A program made the translations under genes and the position numbers. From contig NW_027192211.1 of the NCBI RefSeq assembly GCF_041956535.1, positions 433,995-497,994 of the forward strand: 64,000 nucleotides of DNA. The letters run 5' to 3'. Below are positions 52,461 through 63,697 of this stretch, in pieces. Under the pieces are notes generated by a model, which was not told the DNA's origin, searched no databases, and worked only from the letters and a program-made list of their open reading frames with translations. Numbering within the stretch: position 1 is the first letter of the stretch; every line of letters starts with the position of its first letter. The DNA is from Calcarisporiella thermophila CBS 279.70. Taxonomy: Eukaryota; Fungi; Calcarisporiellomycota.

Positions 52461-54350
52461 ATGGTAAATCAAAGATCCTATACTCTCATGAAACCCATAG
52501 AGATTCTCACAGATCTCTGTTCAGGCTTCCACAGAGCTTTCGCCGCGAGACGGCCCGATCTCTATCATTGATATGGGCAGTAATGGGATACGCTTTTCTA
52601 TAGTGGCATCCCTTGCCCGACACCTTCCAATTATCTACGAGGAACGCGCCCCGATTTCACTTTTTGAGGCCCAGCAAACCGGAGATCACTCTATTGCTTC
52701 TAGTATTATTGAGGACGTCTTGGTAAGCTTACTCCGGTTTAAAAGAATTGGGGAACAAGCTGGAGTGAAAACGGTGAGACTGATTGCCACTGAGGCGACA
52801 AGGACTGCTTCCAATAGCATGGAGTTCCAGAAAAGAATCATGGACACGACGGGGTGGAAAGTGGAGCTGTTGAGTAAAGAGCAGGAGGCAGAAGTGTCTG
52901 CAATGGGTGTTGTTGGTAATAATGAGTTCTTAAAGGGAGGTTTTAGTACAGACATGGTTAATAGACACTATATAATACCTTCATTTCAGCTTCGTTCTAC
53001 AGTGTGGAGGGGATCGTGATGGATCTAGGCGGTGGCAGCGTCGAGCTAAATTATGTTATCCGAGTCCCGGGAGAACACCCTCTCACCTCCAGTCCAAATG
53101 CATCCTCTCTTCCCTACGGTGCTGCTGCTCTTACCCATAAATTACGGGCATTGACCACTTCGCAGGAGAGAGACGCACTCTTTTCACAAATTGTTGCAGA
53201 CCTTAGGATCGCTTTCGAGGGAATCGGAGTGCCGGAACGGCTAAAAGAAAAAGCACAGAAAGAGTCGGGCTATACACTTTATATGAGTGGGGGAGGGTTT
53301 AGAGCACTCGGCTACATGTGCATGGCTGACCAAAGTAGCTCGGAGAACAAATCCAACGACAGCACAGCAGCTGGAGAGAAGAAGAAGAAAAAGAACCGCG
53401 GCTCATATCCTTTGCCAATCATCAATGGCTATAGTATTCATGCGTCAGAACTTCGCACGCTTGCTGCACGCTTCAGTCATGCAGAACCCGAGACTCTTGC
53501 CGAACGCCTTCGGGTGTTTCGAATCTCGAAGCGAAGAGCAGGGATGATCCCGGCAAGTTGCTTTTTGGTGGCTGCGCTGATGGAGGTGATTCCCATCGAG
53601 CAAATTTACTTCTCCGAAGGGGGTGTACGACAAGGGGTGTGCTATGGGATGATGGAGGACGCGGAGAGAGATAAGGATCCGCTGTTAACCTGCGTGAAGG
53701 GGTACCCTGGCACAAGTTCGATGAAGGAAGAAGAGGAAAAGCGTATGTATGAGCTGGTGTTGGCCGCCATCCCTCCACCTTTGAGGAAGCTCATACCCGG
53801 GTTTGAGAGGCTCTTGCTAGTAGCGCTGCAACTCGCAAATATCACATCACGATATCCAAAAGAATCGCGTGCCTATAACGCCTTCCACATGCCGTTGGCG
53901 GGTGGATTGGTATCCGATGCACCCGGCCTTACCCACCCAGATCGAGCCGCTCTGGCCTTATTGCTTGCTCACCGCCATGGGGGCGATATCCCGGATCCAG
54001 TATTCAACCCCATCAAGAAACTGGTCGAAGGGAAGAGGGCGCGAAAGCTCTGCGAATATGCTGGAAGAGTTATGGAGCTGCTCTTTGCAGCAAGCCCATT
54101 AGCCTACGAGCCCTCGATTGAGTTTCTGACTCTGGGAGGGAAAACGATGGATAACAAAGACGATCGAGCCTCAGTCCCTCAAGTTGGCCTGGTTGTGAAC
54201 CCCAAGGATCCCATGGTCAAGGCTCCGCTAGTGCGCGGAATGATTGAGCGACTAGTGAGTCGGCAGCGTGCGAAGATGAACGAGGAGGAAGAGGAGCCCT
54301 GTACGGAAGAGCTGATGGATCTAGTGCAAGTGACCCTGTTGAGCCGTTAA
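52461..54350 (+). CDS. RTG2: Retrograde regulation protein Rtg2-like (Ppx/GppA, ASKHA family); first coding exon is the ATG only
   Basis: ATG|intron 52464-52524|ASTELSPRDGPISIIDMGSNGIRFSI..RHLPIIYEERAPISLFEAQ, ATEATRTASN, MDLGGGSVEL, SLPYGAAAL, YMSGGGFRALG, FSEGGVRQG. Confidence 0.88.
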
Positions 54351-54875
54351 CCGACGATTTTCATGATTACTCGCCGGAGATAATTTTTGCATTTTTATTT
54401 TACTTGCCCATTTTACTATATTTAATAGACGATAACCATTGCGTTCATCAATAGTATATAGTCGCTGCTTAGATCATGCAGCGATTCGTAGAATAAGAAC
54501 TTCATTTAATTTCAATTTGTTTTTTGGCATTCCCCCGATCTCGAGGGTGACTTAAATTTTAAACTGAAAATGAAAAATGTTCTCTTTTGGACCGAGTCAA
54601 AAATGCCCCGCTTTGGCTTTATAAATATTTCTCTTCCCCACCCTCCTCCCATCATCCCTCCTCCCCCTTTTTTCAACTTGTATATTTTTTTTCTTCCAGC
54701 CTTTTCGAGCTCGACCCTGTTTCTTGTTTGTGTTTATTGTTTTCTTCTCTCTTGAGGAATAGCAGCTTCGCTTCTCTGTTTTAGTCATATTATCTCTCCT
54801 CAAGAAAGAAGGCAATAAAATACAAACGGAAGCGATCCGGTTCCATTGGTAATGAGCAATAGCATCGCGTACACC

Positions 54876-55490
54876 ATGTCCAATTTACCTCCACACAAGC
54901 ACTTTTCACACCACCATAGAGCACCCACGACTTCTCTCGCTACACCCCCCGTTACACCTATTCGCAGAAACTCTTTGATACGGACGGAGAGAGTTCGCAA
55001 ATTACACTCCAGAAGTCATAGTGAACAGGCAAGCGATCCCCTAAGGAACTTTTCTATAAAATCTTTGGAACTAATCTATTTTGTTCACCACTTAGATTCC
55101 AAAAACGCTGTGGGATTTAGTATCCGCCATAGAAGAGGACAGGCGGTTAATGGAGTCGCATGGTGAGATGCAACGGAAACTGCCAGGTATTCAGGGTGAG
55201 GGGAATATATGAATATATATTTTTTAAACCATAGAATCCACCTAACAATGCAATTGTCCTCTATGACGTTCTACTAACTGAATCCAACTTTTTTATTCAC
55301 CCTACAATAGGAGCGCTATCTCTGCTGACCTCTTCGACCTTGATGTAATGCACTTTATTTTACAATATCACACGTCTTATACCATTTCACTAACGATAGA
55401 CTCTGGCCCCAAACAGAGAAACACCACGCCACGCAAAGAGCCATGTCCGTGTCACTTTCCAGGACCCTAACGCCATCAAGGCGCACCTAG
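54876..55490 (+). CDS. Small hypothetical spliced protein (exon structure uncertain; first intron would be GC-AG)
   Basis: ATG-initiated Ser/Thr/Arg-rich ORF followed by intron-like segments with donors, branch sites and acceptors joining to IPKTLWDLVSAIEEDRRL; no recognised domain. Confidence 0.4.
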
Positions 55491-55905
55491 AACTCGCGCG
55501 CAGTTTGGCCAAGACACCCGTCGAGAAAAATGCACTTAATTAATTTATATCTTGGGGACACTTTTTTAAATGGTTTTTCTTTTCACTTGTTTTTTAGACT
55601 TGTCTTCTGCTTCTTCTTCTTCTTCCTCTTGCCTGAATCACCTCGTTTTTATTTGTTGTTTGTTTTTGAATTTGGACTTTTAGGAATACTATTTGCATTT
55701 TGCTACACTTTTCGTTCTTTCACTTAGCATAGTTGGCATTTCCGGTTAATTGCTTCTCTGTAATGTTATCTCGCTCTTTGATCTTTCGCTTTCATAAACC
55801 CTTCTTATGCCTAGCGGAAAAGGGGGTGATCCTCTTGTTTTGAGTTTCTGTTATACATCCAAAAAAAAGCTTTCAAATGAGTATGCAACATGAAATATGC
55901 TACGT

Positions 55906-56937
55906 TCATGACCCCTCATCGCCGTCCTCGTCCTCATCCTCCTCCTTGTACTCTCCTTGGCTCTCCAGCTTGCGCATTACCGCAAAATACAATGGTCCCC
56001 ACCCATGTGAACCCTCTCCACCCGGCTCCTTTTGGTCCGGTAGCACAATCCATCCGACCTTTGTCTCTTCACCTATTGGCCACTGTTTCCTTAGCACCTC
56101 TACGCGTATTTTTCTCTTCTTCAGCACTTTTAATACGACTGCATCGTTTTCTGCATCGCTTATGGAACATGTTGCATACACCACGATTCCACCCACCCTA
56201 ACCGCCTTCAGGGCTTGCGTGAGTAACACTCTTTGCCTCTTGGCATTGTTGACGGTACGTTTGGAAGTCCATTCCGAAAGTTGCTCCTCATCGTGTAGCA
56301 GATGCCTTTCACTGGAACACGGGGCGTCGACCAATGCCTTGTCATACATCTCTGATTCGCCCCAATTGGTACCATCTTTTCCAGTGACCTGAACCCGATT
56401 TTCTTCTGCCGCCGGTAAATAGCTTTCAATGACTTGTCTCAGGCGACGTCTCCGATCGGGGCTGGGCTCGTTGGATGTGAGGGAGAACACATCGTGCTGG
56501 AGCATGCACAGTGACTTACCACCAGGCGCTGCGCATAGGTCAAGAACTCTGTCCCCTTCTTCGAGTTCCAGCGCCTCCGTTGCAAGGATGGAGGCAGCAT
56601 CCATCAAGTAATATGTGCATAATCCGTCCGGATCCCTTGGGGGCGGAGGGAATCGCTCACTATTAGGAGATTCGAGGGCCGCCAATCTGAGATAACTCAC
56701 TTTTTTTGATCCCTCCGGTAGTAGCTGTACACTCTCCTGCACTGCGCTAGGGGAAGCATGGCGATTAAGTAAACACGCGTGACGCGTCGGAGCCTGCAGT
56801 GCGGAATAGAGTGACGGCCACCGGTCTCCCCATTGGCCTTGATAAAAGTTGTTAAAGGCAGCGAGCGAAGAGGCACGACGATCTTCTGTTTTTGCAAGCT
56901 GTTTGATTTTCTTTTTGGAAAGCGGTTTCTTGCCCAT
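55906..56937 (-). CDS. NSUN3/NSUN4-like RNA m5C methyltransferase (RsmB/NOL1/NOP2 family), single exon
   Basis: AFNNFYQGQWGDRWPSL and YYLMDAASILA..L..GDRVLDLCAAPGGKSL (close to recalled NSUN4), VDAPCSSE, VYATCSI..END, GPLYFA. Confidence 0.85.
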   Translation of the reverse strand: MGKKPLSKKKIKQLAKTEDRRASSLAAFNNFYQGQWGDRWPSLYSALQAPTRHACLLNRHASPSAVQESVQLLPEGSKKVSYLRLAALESPNSERFPPPPRDPDGLCTYYLMDAASILATEALELEEGDRVLDLCAAPGGKSLCMLQHDVFSLTSNEPSPDRRRRLRQVIESYLPAAEENRVQVTGKDGTNWGESEMYDKALVDAPCSSERHLLHDEEQLSEWTSKRTVNNAKRQRVLLTQALKAVRVGGIVVYATCSISDAENDAVVLKVLKKRKIRVEVLRKQWPIGEETKVGWIVLPDQKEPGGEGSHGWGPLYFAVMRKLESQGEYKEEDEDEDGDEGS

Positions 56938-57102
56938 AATTCAAAAGGGGTGGTCACGTTAAGTATTGCCATTGTAAGTAGCCACCGACCGAGCAATATT
57001 TATATTGTGACTGCTGTGGCTTGTGTTTCCCCCCGTGAGAATTTTGCGGGGAGGAAGAACTGGTGTGGTTTTCCATTAGTTTCAGGTCAATTTAGACAAG
57101 TC

Positions 57103-57702
57103 ATGACGGAAATTGAGGATCTAGGGAAAAAGCCCTGTGTCGCCATGGTAACTAATGACTCTCGTTGGAATCTACATTAAACGTGCCTGACCTCCCCCTA
57201 TTTTAAAAGTATGGGCCATGCAACATTCGCAACCTCAAAGGAGGCGAAACCAAGCTATGGTGTGCCTGCGGTCTCAGCAAAAATCAGCCGTGGTGCGATG
57301 GTAATGCTTCTTCCCCCTCCCCTCAATTCTCTCTTCTCCCAGTGCATTCATGGATTGTCCATGGATTTGGTAGGAAGTCACAAAGGAACCGGCATCAAAC
57401 CAATGGTGTGGAAAGTCCCGGTGAAGGAGGTGGGCGGCGGAAACCAGACCATGTATGCCCTCTGCGCCTGCAAGTACACGGTATCCCCCCCTTACTGTGA
57501 TGGAACTCGTAAGTCGAGCCTTATTTCCCATTTCTTTCTATGCTGAACCAATGGTGAGATCGCGATGCACTTCTTAGATATCCACCTCCCGATAGAGTAC
57601 CTTAAACAGCAGCAGGAATGCACCGAGGACCATAGTATCAAAGAAAAAATGTGCACTGGGTGTGGATGGAAGCGACCCGAAGAAGAGGAGGAAGCACCCT
57701 AG
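57103..57702 (+). CDS. CISD3: Two-CDGSH-domain 2Fe-2S NEET protein (CISD3/MiNT type), 4 exons
   Basis: Spliced WCACGLSKNQPWCD|GSHK and LCACKYTVSPPYCDGT|H; C-terminal extension CTEDHSIKEKMCTGCGW. Confidence 0.88.
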
Positions 57703-57847
57703 TCCTGAGAGGAGGAAGATAGAATGCACGCTTGTATTATAATGAATTTAGAGTTGGACTTTATTTAATACACTATTCATAAGAGAGCAAATAAAACAAC
57801 ATGTCATATAGAGAACAATATAGATACTAAAAATGTCTAGGATCAGA

Positions 57848-59112
57848 TTAGTTTGGTTGGGATGTGGAAACGAAGCCATCCTTTTGCAGCCCTAAAAACC
57901 GCAGAGCATTCCCTCCCAGCAGCTTCTCCTTCTCCTCCTCCGATAGCCATTCGCACTCCTCGATCATTTTTCCGGGATGATGTTCCCCGAGCGGGAATGG
58001 ATAGTCAGAACCAAGCACTATTCGATCGATTCCAATTTTCTGGATCAAAAACTTCAGCGTGTCCTCATCATGCACCAACGAGTCCGTCCAGATTCTGTCG
58101 AGCTGCTCGAGAGGAGAGGTTTTAGTGCGAATTGCACAAAGATCCGGTCGAACCTTGAACCCATGCTCGATGCGCCCAAGAGTGCCTGGGAACGACCCGC
58201 CTCCATGGGCGAAGCAAATCTTGAGCTTGGGATAGCGTTCCAGCACGCCGCCAAAGACCAAGGAGCAAATAGCGATCGTGGTCTCGCACGGCATTCCTAT
58301 CAGCCAGGGGAACCAGTACTTTTCCAATCGCCCTTGCATCTTGTTCATATCCCATGGATGCACAAACACAGCCGCCCCTAGCTCTTCGCATGCAGCCCAA
58401 ATAGGTTCAAGCTCTGGCGCATCCAGATTCCAGTCGTTAATGTGGGATCCAATTTGAATCCCGGCCAGGCCCAATTCATTAATGCAACGGCGGAGTTCCT
58501 GCACGGCAAGATCGGGGGCCTGCATTGGGAGAGTGCCGAGCCCAACAAAACGACGAGGATTCTCGGCGCACACCTGTGCGATATGATCGTTTAGATAGCG
58601 AGCGAGATCCAAGGTATGCTCAGGCTTCGCAGAGTATGCAAACATGACGGGCACAGTGGAGAGAACCTAGATGAAAAAGAGTTTTCAATTTCATCAGAAA
58701 AAAAGGACCATCAATACGCCAGAATGGATACACCACCTGCACATCAACTTCAGTTTGGCTCATTTCGATTAATCGCTCTTTAGAGGACCAGCAATTGCAC
58801 TCCACCTCTCTGAAGAGCTTGCCGTCAAGCATCATCCTCGCTTTTCCCTATAAAACATTCGAGTTAATGATCCAAGCGTAGTGGATGAAAACTGAGCGAT
58901 GCCTTACTGATTCCTGATGCTCCATATTAATCCACCCTCCGTAGCCATAACGCTTGTTAAGATCGGGCCAGTGTTTGGGAAGTATGTGCCTAAAATGTCA
59001 TATGTGTCAGTGAAAAATAGGCGATGGAATGGAAAAGGGAGAGTAATAAAATAAAGACGAAAGTTTACGTGTGTAGATCTATCTTGAGATATTTTCGCTT
59101 GTTAGTGCTCAT
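57848..59112 (-). CDS. ACMSD: 2-amino-3-carboxymuconate-6-semialdehyde decarboxylase (amidohydrolase fold), 4 exons
   Basis: KIDLHT|HILPKHWPDL..RYGYGGW, LSTVPVMFAY.AKP, GTLPMQAP, FVHPWDM, PWLIGMPCETT, CFAHGGGSFP..GRIEHGF..RPDL, LGSDYPFPLGE. Confidence 0.95.
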
Positions 59113-59650
59113 TTTGAGAGAAAGTGGTAAAGTGAGAAGAGGGGAGGGCGTCCGTGAGAAAATTGGAGGCTTTGTCTTCTTTGTTTAAGATAGGTAGGGG
59201 CAGATTGGTAGCAGTCACAATAAGGTCTTCACGGGCTCTGGAATTTAAATTGTATAATACGTTCCATTGGAGAGGCCAAGAAATCACAGAGAGAAGGGAT
59301 AAGCGCTCTCGAATGTTCGCCCAGCCATTAGATTTAGAATTTTAGATAGTAGCTGCGGGATTCTGTGGTATTTCACCATTACACAGCTCCCTAGGTTTCT
59401 TAATTTGCCAGATTTCATGGAAATGAAATGGAGCGAGCTGGGCGAATAAATAGAGAGAGCCATACAAACTTGGCTAGTCGAGGCGTGTACAGAAGGAAAA
59501 TGGAATAAGCTGAAAGATAAAACACGTTTTACCTCTAAAACATACACACTCACATCTCGCCATTGCTCATCTCTCCCCATTTTCCCTTCACTAACTATCA
59601 CACGGCTTGCCCTCATTTCAACATCACAAAAGCATACGTCAACTTAAGCC

Positions 59651-60640
59651 ATGTCAGAGCCAAATGCATATCAAACACATCCCACACCCCATCCAAGCTC
59701 CAACGTGACCCCGACCCCTGCCGAGGATCACCAGTATTCAGCCTCCTCCGATCTTGAAAAGAGCAACCTTAGTGCCAATGCCAATACCAAACGGCGATGT
59801 CCAGCCTGTTGTTATAATCCGTGTCCGCGATGCTGCGGGTACTGTCCCGTGTGGCTTCGTTGGTCCAGCATCACATGTTGCATTCTAATTATCTTGACGG
59901 CCATTGTTCTTGCGATTCTGTTCGGAACGACGTTCCGCCAGCCAGAGGTCAAGTTCTTGGGGCTGGGCCCGAATCCAAATGGCGCACAGCTCTACGTGGT
60001 GAATGGAACAAGATTTAGCATTAATGTAGGCCTCGTTATGCAAGTGGTGAACCCAAACATTGCGGGGGCGAAGTTTTCTATGATAAAAGCCCAAGTAAAT
60101 ACCGAGTTTCTGTCTTTGTTTCATATCTTCCATTTATATTCCCTCCCAACGCCTCCTTTCTTCCTCCTCTCTGCGCCCTCCCACTTATCCCCCTCTCTGC
60201 TTTTTTGTCTTAGGCAAAATATCCTGATCCACGAGACCCTTCGGCCCCGGGATTCCCCGCGGGAGGCGGCAACCTCACCGACGTCAACATCGGATCCCAT
60301 AGCAACACCACGTTCGTGTTCCCATTCTCCGTCGACTACGACCCCACCATCGATCAAAACAAGGTCATGCTCCGCGATATTGCCGATCGATGCGGCCTAC
60401 TGGGCTCGCCCAAGCGACCGCTCCAGATCAAATACGACCTGACGCTGTTCGTTCACTTGCTGGTGGCGACGATTTCGCCGACCATTCCACTAAGCACCTC
60501 GCTGGACTGTCCGATCCAGGTAAGCAAAGCTCATAGATTATCCGGCTGCAAATCGAGCGGAAGAACTGATCCACGCTTTTTTATAATTCCCCATCCAGAA
60601 CGGCCAGTTGCCCGGAATTGACTCATTGCCACAGCGCTAA
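59651..60640 (+). CDS. Single-pass membrane protein with Cys-rich juxtamembrane segment and LEA_2/TMEM106-like Ig domain, 3 exons
   Basis: CPACCYNPCPRCCGYC before TM ITCCILIILTAIVLAILFG, then PEVKF..VVNPNIAGAKFSMIKA..GGGNL..FPFSVDYDP..DIADRCG..C. Confidence 0.75.
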
Positions 60641-61001
60641 AATGGGTTTGACATGTGGTTGCCTTTATAATTCCGAGTTAATATGGCAAAATAAATCTCG
60701 CAATAATAACTCTAATAAAGTCAGCGGCTAAGTCAGGGTGAAGCATCGATTTGTCAGAAACCCGGTTTCCTTAGATGGAAGCCCGGACAAAATTTTCTAT
60801 GAACTACTCGGATGAATAATTACCAAATTTCCCGGTTTAGCAAAATCTATTCCGATGACCGAGAAGTGCGCGACCATGACTGAGCAAAAGGGTGTCTTCT
60901 ATTACTGTTATTTAAGCGAAGCTCATGCTCTCCGCCTCTCACTTTTTCTTTTTGGTTGAACTTCCAAACCATCAAAAAACAAGATTAAAATTCATCGCGT
61001 A

Positions 61002-61088
61002 ATGGAGCGCAACACTTGTAAACAATGTGGGCAAGGCCCATTCCAGAGCTGGCAGGACTTCCTCGCCCACCGTTGCAAGCCACCTTAG
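61002..61088 (+). CDS. 28-aa micro-ORF encoding a single C2HC-type zinc finger
   Basis: MERNTCKQCGQGPFQSWQDFLAHRCKPP*: C-x2-C-x4-F-x5-F-x2-H-x-C; TATTTAA about 90 bp upstream and an A-rich leader. Confidence 0.55.
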   Translation: MERNTCKQCGQGPFQSWQDFLAHRCKPP

Positions 61089-61571
61089 GCCGTCGCTTTT
61101 GGAGATGGAAAATTGCCTTCTCCATTCTCCCTCAATACTTCTTTCTCAAGACTTGACTTCTCCAATGCAAGCTAATCTTAATTCTGAATGGAACTGATAC
61201 CTGAACGATTCCGACGAATGCGGCTTTCGCCTCTCCCGGCCACCAGTATTATTAAGACATATTTCAAACATTTTTATCTGATTCCGAAAATGTTGTGGCT
61301 GGTGTTGTGATGCTTTGTATCATTATTTTTCTATAATGTGCAGCCTTGGCAAATTACAGCCATCTCATGGGCTTGATCCTTATTCTCATTTTGCTTGTAT
61401 TTCTGCATGGCCATGGTCCATGACTTTTCTTTTGCTCTATATATGTTTCCATATTTGTTTTTCATAATAAACTCCCTCAGGGTTGGGATGCTTTGATTTT
61501 TTTCCTGCTTACCGCGCGTTCCCGAAAGGTCCGGTGCTATTTTTGACTAAGAAACAATCAGATAATAGGCA

Positions 61572-61721
61572 TACGTAAATATCCGATATAAAAAAAAGAA
61601 GATTCACGTAGCGTCACTAATGCAAAACTGCCCCATTAGGCAATTCCTTGATCATCTGCAGCTGACGTCTACGGCCACACGTAAATTTCAGAACTCAAAA
61701 GAGTGTCAATGCCTGACGAAA
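61572..61721. promoter_or_regulatory. Cluster of ACGT/TGACG (CRE/bZIP-like) cores upstream of the 62012 micro-gene
   Basis: TACGTAA, CACGTAG/CGTCA, TGACGTC, CACGTAA and TGACGAA within 150 bp. Confidence 0.35.
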
Positions 61722-61931
61722 CCCAACGCAAGTTGATCGTAGTGGTTGTCATACTTTATCACACCTCCTTCCGAAAGTAAAAATTAAACGAAAAATAGAA
61801 ACAAGTATGGAGGAGTCACCGTCATCTTCTCCTGCTTATATTCTTGGCAATTGAGGTGCTTATTTCTGTTCCGTCTTTTTTCTCTTCTGCTCATCCTTCT
61901 TAGCCTCCCAATTCCATTGAATCCCATTGCT

Positions 61932-61939
61932 TATAAATA
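61932..61939 (+). promoter_or_regulatory. TATA box of the 62012 micro-gene
   Basis: TATAAATA about 75 bp upstream of an ATG in strong context (caatcaacaATGG). Confidence 0.55.
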
Positions 61940-62011
61940 ACAGCACCATTTGCGTCTCGTCATCCCATACTTATATACCCTGTGGTTTTCACCATTACCA
62001 AGCAATCAACA

Positions 62012-62263
62012 ATGGCATACCTTATCCGCGAGTCCCCGAAGCTGTCAAACTGCGAGAGCGAAGAGTGGGTTTGTCCGTGGTGTTTAAAGCGGTACTTATT
62101 TCCGCGCTGGTCGCCTCTTTTTTCATTATGAATTACTCATTGGCGTCCTTCGTCCTTACTAACGCGAGGTTTTTTTTGCGTTTGTTTGTTAATTCATAGC
62201 TTCTGGTCTGTGGAGGAATTAAACTGGCATATTGTTCGGTTACATGATGGACATTGGGGTTGA
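62012..62263 (+). CDS. 38-aa spliced micro-gene encoding a degenerate single C2H2-like finger
   Basis: Exon 62012-62064, intron 62065-62199 (GTGGGT..TACTAAC..CATAG), exon 62200-62263: MAYLIRESPKLSNCESEDFWSVEELNWHIVRLHDGHWG* with C-x4-F-x5-L-x2-H-x4-H. Confidence 0.6.
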
Positions 62264-62845
62264 ATTGCCTCCGAATCGCTCGAGCTTTCGAATTACATGA
62301 CCTGTTAGACGCCTTATCCTTAATTCTATACTATCCATCGGTGGTTATATACATACGACAAAGGTTTTGAATATTAGTACACGAACTCTTTTGAGAATCT
62401 TTATTTTATAGCCTTCTTTTTTCCTTCGGCATATTCTTATATACCCATATAATAACAATTGCTCGTGTTGATCTGATATGAAGCATTTTTTTTTCTTGTT
62501 TTCCAATCCAATTGTTTTCTATTGTTTTGTATATATAACAGCAACAATCTGTTTTATTTCTACTCATTTTGTCATTTTGTATGTGTGCGTGCCTCTTTTT
62601 TTAATAGAAATATAAATTGCTTGATTTTTTCTTTTCCAAGCACTTTCTGTATTCTTTACTTCTTTGGTCTTCTTTTCTTTGGCTGCCAAGTTTTTCGCCT
62701 AGAAGAGAGTTGAGTGGCAAAACATCAAAGCCACTGTTGAGGGTGGCTGTGGCCGGCTCATTAGGACTAGATAAAATTTTTGGAGCATCGATTTCTGCGC
62801 TGATTGACAGCGAGACATTGGAAAAAGCAGGACTAGAGGGAAACC

Positions 62846-63697
62846 ATGTCGGGTATATGTCTAGCTCGCTTACAACAGGAGCGCAAGGATTGGCGCAAAA
62901 ATCATCCTTATGTGAGTGCCCGATTGAGTTACTACATGTAAAAGGCTGCAGTTCCTGAATGCGACCTTTCATGAATAGGGATTCTATGCTCGGCCGGCAA
63001 AGAAGGAGGACGGGACACTGGATCTTATGAACTGGCACTGCGGAATACCAGGAAAGAGTGGGGTAGGCTTAGCTAGCTCTCTTTTATCACCCTAGATAGT
63101 CTACTAAAAGCGGATTGTTTTATTTGGGAGCAGACTTCATGGGAGAATGGTATTTTCAAGCTGCAAATGATTTTTACTGAAGGTAAATAATCGACCTCTA
63201 CACCCTCCTTTCCATGAAGCATTGGATAATAATGTTTGTTTTTTCCCTTTTTCTTCATTGTTTATATCAGAATACCCGAGTCGGCCTCCCAAATGTATGC
63301 GTACACTCCCTAAAGGAAGAATGTACAATCCATTTACCACCGACTTTTCTCAACTAGGTAAATTCACGCCTCCGCTCTTCCACGTCAATGTTTACCCGTC
63401 GGGCACGGTGTGTCTCTCTATTCTTAATGAGGAGGAGGGATGGAAGCCTGCCATTACAATCCGACAAATACTCTTGGGAATTCAGGATCTCCTAGACTCT
63501 CCTAACATGGACAGCCCTGCTCACCCTGATGCATACGCATTATATAGGTAAGCAAATATCCCCAATGAGAGCTATTGGAAAATTTCAAGTGGTCCTTTAA
63601 GAGCTGGTTTATCGAAACGGTTTGTGTGTATAGACGTGACCGGGATGCATATGACAAAAGAATTCGACAGCAGGCGAGGGAGAATGCGCAGCAATAG
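62846..63697 (+). CDS. UBC9: SUMO-conjugating enzyme Ubc9, multi-exon
   Basis: [22 protein letters not shown]|[64 protein letters not shown]. Confidence 0.96.

Noticed and set aside
55164-55166. TGA that could be read through as selenocysteine in the small hypothetical gene
   Set aside because: No redox motif or SECIS was seen, and a spliced model in another frame avoids the stop
61927-62199. 90-aa ORF from the supplied track
   Set aside because: TTG start overlapping the TATA box and reading through the intron; the spliced 38-aa model explains the signals better
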